The position numbers and the translations under genes were made by a program. 64,000 nt of DNA. Source: Monocercomonoides exilis PA203. Lineage: Eukaryota > Protista > Preaxostyla. The stretch spans positions 806,001 to 870,000 of the forward strand of contig LSRY02000022.1 of assembly GCA_001643675.2 (NCBI GenBank), written 5' to 3'. Shown here in pieces: positions 11,412 through 23,754 of the stretch (positions are counted from its first letter, which is position 1; each line of letters starts with the position of its first letter). The notes below the pieces were generated by a model. That model saw only the letters and a program-made list of their open reading frames with translations. It ran no database searches and had not been told where the DNA came from.

Positions 11412-13290
11412 ATGTCAACGAACACGCAAACAGTGAAATTTTGCACTTTCAAGGAGGGGAACATTTCATTAAATTTAAATAATGATGATTGGATGAAGGG
11501 GGTTAAGCGAGGGCTTGCCGACAAATACGATGTTGATGCGCGTGATTTGTATTTCGCTCAAAAGCAAAAGATAGTTTCTGACGATTCAAAAGTGCGAGAT
11601 GTTCTTGAAGTGTGGCCCATTTCTTTTGTTTTCAACTTCTCTTTCTTGTCATTCTTTTCCTTATTGACAGAATTCTGAAGAAACAATTTATTTAGTGAAG
11701 CGAAGATCTTCATCTGGAGCGGCGGGCACAGCCACTGAAAATGAAGAGCCCTTGCCAAAAGTTGAAGAAAATATTTCGCCAGAGCTGCGCAGCTCAAAGC
11801 CGTTTGCTGTTCGCGTTACTGTTTGCAACAACGAAATGAAAGGGAAAGCGGTTACAGTGGAAAATGTGAGGCCAGATACAACGATTGACGAGTTTGCTGA
11901 AAGAGCATTAGAGGCCTTGAATGTTCCTGTTGGATGGATTTCAATTGTTTCAGAGACGGGCACGAAGTATTCCGGAACATGGAAAAGTGGAGGTTTCGAA
12001 CTTTGGGAAAGTTCAGAAGAAAAATATGTTTCGAAGCTGACGTACTGCGGGCAAAGCGGGTTGTCCTGCTGCATTTATAAGTTGATTACAGCGAATTGTT
12101 TGCAAGAGCAGGCTTCTTCATCCACGCCATCCTCATCCACTCCATCCTCTAACTCAAGCCCATCAAATGTTGGATCAGAGGCTGCTGAACAAAATGGATC
12201 TCAAACGCTTACGCTGCAGATAGAGTATGGTCAAGGAAATAAACTGTTCATTGAAGCAGAAGAGGAGATGCTTGTGGAAGAGCTGAAGAAGATATTGGAA
12301 CCGGAAGTGGGAATTTGTGCAGATAAGATGATGCTCGTTGGGAGAGGAAGGATAATGGATGATGACAGGAAGATTTCTTCATTCGGCTTTAAAGATAAAG
12401 ATAGGCTTTGTGCACATGAAGAAATAGAAGAAATGATTTTCATTTTCATCAAAAAACTTTCAGGAAAAACACTTCGAATCGATGTTAATTCGGAGATGAC
12501 CATTGAAGAGTTGAAAGAAAGGATATACGAATATGATAACACATTTTCATCTAAATATAGGATGATATTTGCTGGAAAACAGTTGGAAAATGGTCGTACT
12601 TTGAAGGACTATGGAATATATCGTGAAGCTATTATCAATCTTGTTTTGAGGTTACGCGGAGGAGGGAGCTGCCCATCGCATGCATTTGTGGATGTGACGA
12701 AGACTGATGCGTTGGTGGAGAGGTCGTTCAGCAACACAGCTCCACCGTGGCGTATTGTGGGAAGTGGTATCAACATCGAAGGAATATGCGAGAACGAGGG
12801 ATGTCCTGCATTCAAGAAACAGGTAATTTGCAGATGGGGAATGAAGACATTTGATTTGTATGGGAGCAAGCCGTTCTGTCCGTGCTGCCTGAAGCAGATT
12901 GTCCCTCTGAAGCCGGGATTCTATGATTGCAGATGGCGGATTTCATCTGTGAAAGAGGATGGGACAAGGATGCAAATGCCATGGAAGGAGGCAGGGAATG
13001 AAAAGTATACGACATACGACGAGAAGGAAGCCGGAACAGCAAAGTTTCTTTTGCTGCAGATTGAGGCATTGCCCAGAGGGAGAGTTGTGAAGCATCCGAC
13101 ACTGCCATATGATGTGGCTGTGCCGGAGGTGTGTGGAATTTGCCACAAAGAACAGAACGAATACTTTGTTCAAATATACAAATGTGGTCACTCGTTCCAT
13201 CGCAACTGCGGGAGTGACTGGGAAGAGACTGTTGGAGAGTGCCCAATTTGCCAGATGAAAATGAAGGATCAGCCAGCTCAATCTGCCTGA
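11412..13290 (+). CDS. Multi-ubiquitin-like-domain protein with Cys-rich domain and C-terminal RING-H2 finger (putative E3 ligase)
   Basis: Exon 1 11412-11609, phase-0 GT-AG intron 11610-11670, exon 2 11671-13290. Ubiquitin-like domain ending [18 protein letters not shown]...[13 protein letters not shown]2 CGIC...CGHSFHRNC...W...CPIC. Confidence 0.85.
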
Positions 13291-15894
13291 TTCGATATCT
13301 GAGAATAAATCGTGAAAGATTCAAAATTTTGATAAATTGATTTTTTTTTCTTTTTCCTGGATGGAAAGCATTCAAACATTGTGGTTTTTACTATTTATTA
13401 CTGAATGTTTGCTTTGTTTTGTTGATTTTAATATAATTTTATTAAATTTGGTTTTGTTAAAGTTCAGATTGATTTGATTTGATTTGATTGAGAGAGAAAA
13501 TGGTTGTTTCGCTTCTTTCTCTTTCATTAATAGAGAAGGATAAAAAAATAAAAGATTTCTCGATAAATAAAATGCTTGCGATTTTATTTTTGATTTTTTT
13601 AATTTTTTTGTGAGGTTTTATTGGATGATTTTCTGTTTTGTTTTCTGTTGTGTTATTTTTATAAATCTATTGCGAATTTTTTATTAACATTTGCTTGCTT
13701 GAAAAACTGATAAGAATGGAAGAGGAGCTTGTTCCTTTTGAGAGAAATCGATAATGCTGAAAACTTCCTAAAAAGTTATGAGCAATGATTTGAAAAGCAA
13801 TCATTTGCGAAGCGAAGCAAGTGCAAACATTCAGGAGAGCAAAAATTATTGAATCGAAGTGACTGAAAAGAACAATTAATAAATTTCATCAGCAAAAGTC
13901 TGTTTTTTCTTTTGAAAAGTCGACTTTGGATAACTTTTTTTTGCTATTTTATTTATTTTTCCATTTGAAAAAGAACATCGATCGATCGAATCAAATGAAG
14001 TGAAATTGCTGATGATGAAGAATGAATATTCTTTTTTCTGGCTTTGGAAGATGCTTCAAAGTTGCATGTGAGATTGAAATGCAGAAAAAGTCAATGGAAT
14101 ATCTGGCAGATGAAAATGAAAATGAGAGCAGATGAATGAAAATGAAATGAGTTGACTGAAATGTGCTCGATTTGTGATATTCAACAATCGATGCTCAACG
14201 TCCAATAATTCATTCACAAATTTGAAGAAGTGGAGAGAAATCATAACCTTGTCCAGAAGAGAATGAAGAATGAAGAGGAAGACAAAGAATTTGACAATCT
14301 CTATTTTTTTTCTTCACCGATGTTTGCGATGGAGTTGAAGACAATCTCGAAGAAGAAATCGCCTTTCTTTCTCAATTGGCAGATTTTCAGAAAAAGAAAT
14401 AAAAATGAAAAATGCTTTTTGTTCTATTTGATTGCAAATAGATATATTGTTGAATGCTTCGTTGATGTTGCTTTTCTTTTGTTTCGCGCTGATAACGAAA
14501 CCTGAAACAATTTTGGCTGGCAAATGGCATTTCTGTTAAAAAGATGAATTCCCTTTCAATTGCAAGAGGAACCACTTCTTTGTGAAATAAAAAGGTCATT
14601 CGATTTTGCTTGTTTTGTATGTCTAATCTCCTCTTGTTTGATGAAAATATCAAGCCTTTGCTGACGATGACAGCCACTTTCCTTCTCAAAAATCTCTGAG
14701 GTGCATTTCTCCAACATTTGCTCCAAATGCAATCTGAGAATAAGTTATTTCCCTTTTGATATAATCCAACGAATTGAAAGCCTATTTGGTTCGTATTTTC
14801 AATTTCATCAATAGTTTTGAAAATTCCAAAACTTTCTTGTGCTTTCTCTCGTTGAATAATTTCAATAAAATGAAAACATGCCTTTTCCATCATTCTGTCT
14901 GAAATGCATTTCCTGTTCAACAAATTATTATTTGCCATATTTCTGTGTTTTCAAAAGGATAAAGAAAACTCGAAACATCAACAAGTTTGTGAGGAAAAAT
15001 AAAAAAACAAACATCAAATCGTTTTTTATCAAAAATGGAAGTCCAACAGTTCCTGTGTCATCCATTTCGAAAAATAATAACTCTGAAAGTGTGTAAAATC
15101 CTTGCTGATATATCGTCATCCGGTCAATCGACGCAACTCATCCATGCAACTCAGAGTTCAGACAATCACTCATCAATCTCAGAAAATGGAACAGTGTTTC
15201 GATATTATTAATAATCAATATTCCAGATTTATGTTTTGGAGAACATTTGTAATTAAAGTCACAAATAGGTTGAATTTCAACGTATAAACTGTGTGTTATG
15301 TTTCGGATATATCATCATCTTTCAATGAATCAAAATTATTCATGGTTCAAAATAAACACATTTCTTTTGAAATATAATTTCAGAAAGAGAATGAATGGAA
15401 AATAATAAATTCAATAAAACAAAAATAAACAATTCGATAAACTTTTTTTTTTTCAGAATATTCCACAAGTACCCAAAATTTGTCCAATTCAAATCAAAGA
15501 TCATTTGAATAATTTGAAAATGTTGATTCTGAGTTGAGAACAATGTTATTTTATTGTCAATATTCAACTTTAAAAAGATAGGAAATTCGCAATAGAGCGA
15601 ATCTACGAACGCAAGGAGCAGGTTTGCTCCTCGACAATGAGTTTTTATCTTAAATTATAGGTGGTTAAAGATCTAACTTCGCCAATACTCAAATTCAAAG
15701 AAGATCTATATTGTCATCAATAATTAAGAAGCAACAGCCTGTTACAAAAATACAGAGATAGTGAAAGAAAAGAACTAGATCTAATATTGAAACTGGAAAG
15801 AGAGGAAAATATTATTGAAGAACTTATCAGGATCTAAGCTTGAAATACTTCATCCGGAATAGAAGGAAGTGCACAGCTGATAAAGACGAATAGA

Positions 15895-16970
15895 GAGCCG
15901 CGCAAAGTGAAAAGACAATATAAGAATAGAAGCTTCAAAACAGAAAACTGAAATTATGAAAATTGTGAGATATTTATTCAAAATGATGATATGAAAATGA
16001 GCCAGACATGCTGCGAGATATAGGAAAATTTAGAAATCGCTAGATATTTAAAGAATTAAAGAAGAGATATGCACATATTACAGAGAGATTATAATAGAGA
16101 ATAAATCTCCTTCTAATAAAGATATAATTAATTGAAATGAAGACACGCATTCTCAAGAAATTATTTCAGAGAATGAAATTACAAAATAATAGAAAATATC
16201 TATACCGAACAATGGAAGAAGAGCCGCACATAGTCGCGAGAAACTAATAAAAACAAAACCTACCAAAAAAAAGCGTGAATTACCATGGAATAAGAGCCGC
16301 ACATAGCTGCGAGATCATGTTTGGATGAGAAGAGATAGCCTCGCTTCGCAGCGAGGAGGAGGATATTCAAACCGCGCTTTGATGCGAGACCATGAGAGGA
16401 GATGGAGCAGAGAACCGCACTTCGCCGCGAGATGATAATAGAGATTGAAAGCTCAGAAAATCTATTGGCTTTTGCAAAGGATATATAGACAAGCTGTGTT
16501 GCGACACAAAATCAAAACTGAAAAGAAAAATATCATTGATAATAATTAGAAATGATACGATTCACTATAAAGAAATTATCACAAATGTGAAACTGCGAAA
16601 TAAAACGGGACTGAGAGAGAAAAAGATAGCCGTGAAATGAAGCGAGATTATTGTGGAGAAAGAAACCGCTTTCTTTCGAAATAGTTTGATGGATGAGAAA
16701 ACAAAGTTAGCTGTGAGATAAGGATAGAGAAAGAAATTGATTGAAATGATGAACGGATAATGCAACAATAAACAGCGTATAATCACTTGATATGTGTAGA
16801 TATTGAAACCGCGAAATATCGTGAGAAAATCGAAGAAGTGAAAGCAGCGTTGAATTGCGAAAAGAAGATTGAACAAGAGACAACGGAAGACCCCGAGATG
16901 AGGATATAGAAATAAGTAGCACAGCACGGCGTGACGAAAATGGAGGAAGGCTCCGCTTATTTCTGCGAAA
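15895..16970 (+). repeat. Array of a 21-bp quasi-palindromic motif (consensus ~GAGCCGCACNNNGCYGCGAGA) with variable purine-rich spacers
   Basis: Copies start at ~15895, 15999, 16221, 16294, 16336, 16369, 16412, 16627, 16806, 16842 and 16950, with weaker copies between them. Confidence 0.7.
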
Positions 16971-16991
16971 TGAGAATGAAGATGAACGGTA

Positions 16992-17867
16992 ATGACCAAC
17001 CCAATGATGCTGGGAGAATTAACACATTGGAAAAAGACGCTGCAAAAGAACAGACCGAGGTGTCTGAGGAGAAGAGCAAAGCCAGCAGAACTAACAACGG
17101 ATGCCTCAGAGCTTGGATGGGGTGCAGTGCTGACAGTGTCAACAGAGAGCAGAAAGGAGAAGATTTATGTCCACGGAAGTTGGACCCGCCAGGAGAGTGC
17201 GTTAGCGATATACGAGAAGGAGTCCAGATCAATTTTGAGGACACTAGAGAGAAAGGGAGCATGGCTGCAACAACAGAAGATAGACCATATTTGTCTGAAG
17301 ACAGACAACATGTCCACGAGATGGACAATACAAAAGAAGAGGGGAGCACCATCGCTCATTCCAACACTGAGAGCATTAGAGAAGAAACTGAACAGCCTGG
17401 ACATTACAATACAGACAGAACGCCTACATGGAGAACAGAACACGGAAGCAGATGCACTCAGCCGGATGACGAGAAAGCCGGACTATGCACTGAGAGAAGA
17501 GAAAGTCGCAGAGATATTACAAACAATCGCACCTAGAACACTAGATACAATTTCAGAACCGATTGCGCCGGTGCCCTGCGGAACTACTTGGAGACTATCC
17601 TCCGTGAGAAGGAAGAGAGAGAGAGAAACGCAAGAAAACGATGTAGTGTTGATTCATCCGTTCTTGAGAAACATCGGACGGGTGCTGAAGGAGAAAATGA
17701 ACGATCCTCAGAGGGATCTGACGATTCTGATTCTGCCAGCCTGGCGGGGGCAGACCTGGACCCTGCTACTGCAGCCTGGGCATTTGATAAGGAACCTGGG
17801 AACCTTTCAGGAGTGCATGATACCGGGAGCGAAGATGAGAAGGGAAGGCTGGAAATTACACTCATGA
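16992..17867 (+). CDS. RNase H + methyltransferase-like ORF of element B (no RT)
   Basis: LTTDASELGWGAVL, E, KTDN, LHGEQNTEADALSR. MT-like part TLD...VVLIHPF...LPAWRGQTW is partly disrupted. Confidence 0.8.
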   Translation: MTNPMMLGELTHWKKTLQKNRPRCLRRRAKPAELTTDASELGWGAVLTVSTESRKEKIYVHGSWTRQESALAIYEKESRSILRTLERKGAWLQQQKIDHICLKTDNMSTRWTIQKKRGAPSLIPTLRALEKKLNSLDITIQTERLHGEQNTEADALSRMTRKPDYALREEKVAEILQTIAPRTLDTISEPIAPVPCGTTWRLSSVRRKRERETQENDVVLIHPFLRNIGRVLKEKMNDPQRDLTILILPAWRGQTWTLLLQPGHLIRNLGTFQECMIPGAKMRREGWKLHS

Positions 17868-17899
17868 GAAGTCAAAAGTGTTGGACTGGAGAGGAAAAT

Positions 17900-18850
17900 A
17901 TATCATGAAGGGAACTTTTTTTAAAACATGGGGAGAAGACGTTGGAGCAAAGGACATAGCAGCAGCAATACTTAGAAATCAATAGAGCGAAAGAGACACG
18001 TGGAGATCGCTGCGAAGATTTAAGCAATTTCTTGATAGAGAGAGCATGGATGACACGGACCCCCTCACAAACAAGGACGCAAAATGGATTATAGCAGAGT
18101 TTACCGAAACACTTTCAAATACTAACCTGTCTTGTGGAGTGATTCATCAGACTGTACGGAAAGTACTTGATTCTATTAATCTGTTTAGAGTGACAAAAGT
18201 TGATGTAAAGGACTAAGAAATATTTCTAAAGACTAATGTGGGAGAGAATCCGAGAAAGGTCAAACGACACAAGACGATGCGGGATCTCACAATTATCACC
18301 AAATGGGCAGAAGCCACCCACGATATGACGGACCCACAGATCCTCCAGAGGAGGGCTCTCATCCTCACTATGATTTTTGGAGCATTGAGACCAGCAGAGC
18401 TGGAGAGAATGAGAAGTGATACAACTTAATTTAAGTACGTGTAAGTCCAGACACCAGTAATAACCAAGACGTCTGGAGGTTTGACGGTAAAGGGAATAAT
18501 AAATAAACATCCAAATTTACGTATCGATGCAGTGGGTGCGCTCCAACGTTGGATGGATTACACAAAGACGATTCTTAAGGATGAACATGTGTGATTTGAT
18601 GTTAGTGAGAATCAACCTTCAAATTTGCAGAGAATCAAAGAAGAATGAGCAGCTAATCTGAGAGAATGGAATTCAGGAAACATTCACCGCGTGCTTGACA
18701 AGACATTCAGTGATAACACACTTTGTTAGACAACAAGATGCAGACTGGAAAGCAATCAATGCGTACGCGAGATGGGCGCCAGTATCTAGAGTAGTCCAGT
18801 AGTATTACACCGTGTTACCTATTCAGGACACGAGATGGATCCTGGAGACA
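17900..18850 (+). pseudogene. Tyrosine recombinase of element B
   Basis: GALRPAEL, TKTS, FTACLTRHS, YARWAP...VVQ*YY, with several stops. Confidence 0.85.
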
Positions 18851-19387
18851 ATCGGCGGCCCAGTACCCCTTGCGGAAAAGGGAGACAAGTCGGAGAAGGA
18901 TAACGTAAGAAAGGATATTATCAACGAGAATACAGAATCTGAAACAAAGGAGTATCCTGAGGAAACACCACAGCTGGAAGGGTGAGGTGGAGAGGGGCAA
19001 GAGAAAGAGAACCAAGAGACTAGTGCCAATTCGAGAGAGGAGGTCGCAGCATGAGAACGATATAACACAACCCCCCAAAGGTGATGAGACACCCCCCCAT
19101 AATTCCCTGCAGCATTATGGAGCTGACGAAGGGCAGACAGACGGCCTCACAGAAAAAGCTTGAAGCTGATCGGAGGAAACGCGGTGAGAGAAGCATAGGA
19201 CAAATATCCAGTACCTCTCGAGTGTCGAAGACCCGATCAAGTACACCCCGAGAACATTCTAAGAGAGGGAGGGAGTAGAGACAGCGGCCGCACCTTCATC
19301 CGCAGGCTCTTTGTTCATCCTCCGCACATTCACGTGCTAGCCAGAAGGGTTTTTGATCAGAAGAGAAGAAAGAGTGAAGGATTTCAG

Positions 19388-19476
19388 AACTCATTATTGA
19401 GGAGCAAACCTGCTCCTTGCGTTCGTAGATTCGCTTTATTGCGAATTGATAGAACGCAGTGAGACATGTTTGCTCC
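19388..19476 (+). other. Internal complementary region (ICR) of element B
   Basis: 19388-19447 is the reverse complement of the left end (15584-15643). 19446-19476 is the reverse complement of the right end (~20118-20148). Confidence 0.88.
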
Positions 19477-20390
19477 GAGATAATACAAACGCGGATGGAG
19501 AGACGATAAGCGGCTGGGTGCGAAGGAAAGTCACATGCCAGTGAGAAGATAACAAGAAAAAAGAGGCGAGTTATACAAAAAACGAAAGATAGATCAACCT
19601 CCCGAAGTCACAAGTGTGCACCGGTAACCTGTTTTAGAGAAACATGGAATGAATAAAAAGTTTTAAGTGGGATCCCACTCCTAAGATTGTTGTTGAACAA
19701 GTGCAAAGAGAACAGCCAGATGGGCCCACTCAGTATGTTGTGGGTGGATTTGCTCTGCTGGATCAGCAGAAGAGCTGAAGGCAGAGTTCTGCATAGACAG
19801 TTTTCTTTTCCACGCCCTGCATGAGCGAGAGTGGTTTTTCTTTCTGCTCCGTTTTGGAACACTCGCCTTATTGGGTCCCTGCACAGCCTGCAGGTGAGAG
19901 CTCCGAGGGGCAATGTAACCTGCCCTCTGGTCTTCGTGACCAAGGCGAAAAGGCGAAGTCGGTAGTAAAGTGAAGCGGACAATTCATAATACACAATTTA
20001 AAAATGTTTTCATGTTATTGTCTATATTTTCATCTCGCCTTTTTTTCCACATCATATTTGGGAGTGCGGAGTTTTCACTCAACTCACCCATGCTTCAAAT
20101 CAATACTCATTATCCAGAAGCAAACCTGTCTCACTGCGTTTTTATTAACAAAAGAAAATACAAACTGCAGGTTATTAAATAATGCGCGTATGTCTTTGAT
20201 CAATCTATGGGAAGCAAAAAAATCGCCAACAGCTTTCGAAGTCAACATAAAGATAAAAATAACAGCATTTTTTGTTAATCGGAAAAAATATGCTGTTCTT
20301 TTTTCAAATGTTCAATTAATGAGCGCAGTTTCAAATATGGAAAAATGATTAAAAGAAAAAAACAATCAAAAGAAGATTGTTATTGCTATA

Positions 20391-20836
20391 CCTCTGTGAC
20401 ATGACAAGAGAAAATTGAAGAAATGACAAAATGACTGACAAGATATTTATGACTTGTCAAAAAGTGTTATTTTAATGATTTCATAATTCTCAATAACTGT
20501 AATAATTAAGATCAAAATCCATATACAATAATTGTTGTTATTTTGAAAAAATAATAATTTTTATAAATATTATCGAGTTCTTAACTTTTATTATTTTTCA
20601 CAGGAAATGTCAGAAGAGGATTTTTTTTATAACAATTTGTTATTGACCGTCTCTGACGGTCACTGACATAAGAGAAAAAACGACAAGATATTACAGATGC
20701 TATCAAAAAATCTTTTCCAATTTGCTTTGAAAAGTCTTAAGAAGTTTTTGCAATAGTTTAATTTATATTAATTTAGTAAAAAAAAAATTTTTTTTTTGAC
20801 AGACGAGGCTTCAAGTTATTTGTCAGGCCACAGAGC
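20391..20836. mobile_element. MITE, CCTCTGTGAC TIR, TA TSD (copy 1)
   Basis: TA|CCTCTGTGACATGACAA ... TTGTCAGGCCACAGAGC|TA. The first ~290 bp are near-identical to 52412 onward. Confidence 0.88.
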
Positions 20837-21446
20837 TAAAGTTATTGCAATGAATGATAGTTGATAAAATTCATTTTTCAAACAAAATAATTTATTTGTT
20901 GCACATTTGATGTTATTAAACTATAATTTATTTTATTTCATTTGATTATTTTAAAATATGGTCTTCACTTTTTCTATCTTTTTTTTCGATAACAATCTGA
21001 TTTGTATCAATTTTTTGCATGTTCTAACAAATAAATGCCAGATATTTTTTTAAATGGCTCACACTTTCAAGTGAAAGTGCTCAGATTAGACAGAATAAAG
21101 AACCCTGATGTTCCCAAGAATACGACAGAAACAATAATAGAGAGTTTTAATTTGAATAAATTAAATTCTAATAAATATTGAAAAAGGAGGCGATTTATTA
21201 TTTTTTTGAATTTATTGAAATAACCTCTGGACAATTTTGGTATTTCACATTCACCTCAATAATTTTTAATGGAATTTTATTCTTTTCAATTTTGTTTCAT
21301 AATCGTTGTGTTCCTGTTTTTAAAGTGAGTATTTCTTAAAAAAAAGTTTTGAGATCCAATGTCATCCAAATTTATCCGTCTCGCAAAATTACAAAATAAT
21401 TAAATGAAATTTAAAAAATGAAAAATATTAAATTTGAGAAACAAAA

Positions 21447-22827
21447 TCAAGAATATTCATTTCCTCTAACATTTACAAAATAATCTGTTGCCTTTCCGGA
21501 TATCTTTTGTGAGTGTGCTTCATTAATGGTCTCCAGGTCTTGAAGAAAGCTTATGATTGCATCTTCATATCCTTCTTCTTCCAACTTGTCAAAAATTGCT
21601 TTTTTTGTCTCATTCCATTTTTCGTCATCAATTTTATTTTTTTGCTTTCCTTTCATTCTTCCCGAAACTGCCATAAAGAATCCCAAACATTTGCATATAA
21701 CATCGTCATTCAACGTTGGCCGTTGAATCTCTTCCAAAAATAACTCAAAAATGCCTCCTTTCATCAAGTCATCAACTCTCATTGTTTTGAGTGACATCAT
21801 CGTTTGAAAGAGTACCATGCATTTTCCAAATGTTTCTCTTTCATTCTCTCGTGTTGCCTTGCACAGCTTGACAAGGCAACGAATTAACCCAATATTTTCA
21901 TCATTCCACAATTGGAAATGCCAAAAATACTCTCTCACTGCTAAAACCCACCTTGATAAGACCTTCATTTCTTTCGCTTCTTTCGTCTCTTTCTCTCCTT
22001 TCTCTCCCTTTTTCTTCTTCCTATCAACACGTTCCATCAACTCCTCCATTTCTCTTGTGGCTTCTCTCACAAAATGCAGCTTATTCACTATCAAATGCTC
22101 CAATTGACTTTCGTTGATAAATCTGAACATCAAAAACTGCCAAGCAGACTGATACGCAAGAAGTGTCAGATTGTGATGCTTTTGATGATGTTTGATGATT
22201 TCTGTGATATCATTCAAATACACTTCTTTTTTCATTCTCTTTCAAAGATTAGTGCAAAAATCGATAAGATTCAAAATAAATAAATAAATAAATAAATCAC
22301 ACCAGATTTTCTCTATTATTATTCAAAGCCACCAAAGCCATTTCCACTTCTTCTCGAGTTTCCTCGCTTTCTTCTTTGTTTGAAGCGATTTTTAAAAGGC
22401 AATGCACGATAATTGCAACTAACTCGTCTGAAACAAAGTCAACCTTATTTCTCAACGTCTGATAGCATTCGCACAGATCATTCAGAAGCTTTTCGTTCTT
22501 CCCTTCTTTTTTACGATCTTCCTCAATAATTATCATCTTCAATCTCCTGTTCAACAAAGATCTATCAAAATACGACATCACAAAATCATTCTTCATTTTG
22601 CATCGACCAATGTGCTTCAACAACATCACTGCGTTTTCAACTGGTATTTCGTGATCTCCAATCATTTTGCTCACAATGTTCAACGGAGCTATTTTCAAAA
22701 CGAATTCCATTTCTTTTTCATTCATCTCGTCCAACAATCCATTCATTTCCCATATTTTCTGTTTTTGCTCATCTTCTGTGAGATTTGAAAGCTCGAGGAG
22801 CAATTCTGCAATGAAATGTTTTTCCAT
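21447..22827 (-). CDS. Member of a lineage-specific expanded ~440-aa helical protein family (paralog 1)
   Basis: Two ORFs joined in frame by intron 22302-22239 (GTGTGA...CTAAT...AG). Motifs LTLLAYQSAWQFL and KLEEEGYED are shared with 27447-28875. Start codon uncertain. Confidence 0.75.
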
Positions 22828-23754
22828 TGATGAATTCCCAATTTCAAAAAAAAGTCAAACTTGTGAAATTTTCTCGACGAATCTTTTTTTGAATCTCATT
22901 GTCAGATGCATTCATTCAGTTTATTATATATTCTGAATGTTTTTGAAAGCACCAAAGTTTTGATAAACAAGATAATCAGCAAATACAAACATCTTTATTA
23001 ATCGATAAGTATTGTGAGAATAACCACAAATCAAACGAATTTGTTCGATCAAAATTTCTTGTTGATAGAAAAAGTCTGTATAAAGTTCTCTTAATGTGCT
23101 CAAGCTAAAAGATCAAGCAAATCCTTTTTTCTATCTAGTGATCAATCTTATTATAAAAATATTTCAAATCTTTTTTTTTACTAAAAAAAGAAAAGAAAAT
23201 GATCTCTTTTCAGAACTATGACTTTCTATTGAATGACATCAAAACTTTGTGTGTCCATTCAAGAATATCACAAAAGATATGTTATTGCTCTGAAAAAAGA
23301 AAAACATTATTTTCAAAAAAAAAATATATGTATGTAAAAAAATAGAAAATTTTCAAAATAATTAATGAGAAACATATCTAAAAAATAAATATACAAATAA
23401 ATAATAAAAAAAAAGAAGCTAAAAATAATGAAAAATTATATCTCTAAATTGAAAGTCTTGATATTTGTAACCCTTTTCATTTTGGATTCTTTAAATGTGA
23501 TTGAAGATTGATCAATAATTGAGGGATTTTTTTTCATTATGTGATCAATTATTGTTTGTTATTAATAAAACAACAACATTAAATTTTTTTAAATCCATCA
23601 CCAAGAAAAGTGAAAAAAAACTGTTGATAGTTTTTTCGAAATTGAAATATTTTTGTTGCATCAAAAGGAGAAAAAAATTTGACAAACTCCTTTCAAAGAT
23701 TCCAAAAAATAGTCGAAACTTCACCCACACTAAAGTGAATAATCCTTCAATCAC

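Larger units (their letters stand above)
15584..20148 (+). mobile_element. DIRS-type YR retrotransposon B, non-autonomous (gag/RT replaced by a repeat array)
   Basis: Left ITR 15584-15643, ICR 19388-19476, right ITR ~20104-20148. RNase H-MT ORF and YR remnants lie between them. Confidence 0.88.

Noticed and set aside
13700-15330. Possible decayed transposase or gene on the minus strand
   Set aside because: Coding-like composition but no motif I can assign with confidence.
15895-16970. Calling the 21-bp repeat array a CRISPR array
   Set aside because: Eukaryotic context, no cas genes, degenerate repeats and irregular spacer lengths; reported as an unexplained array instead.
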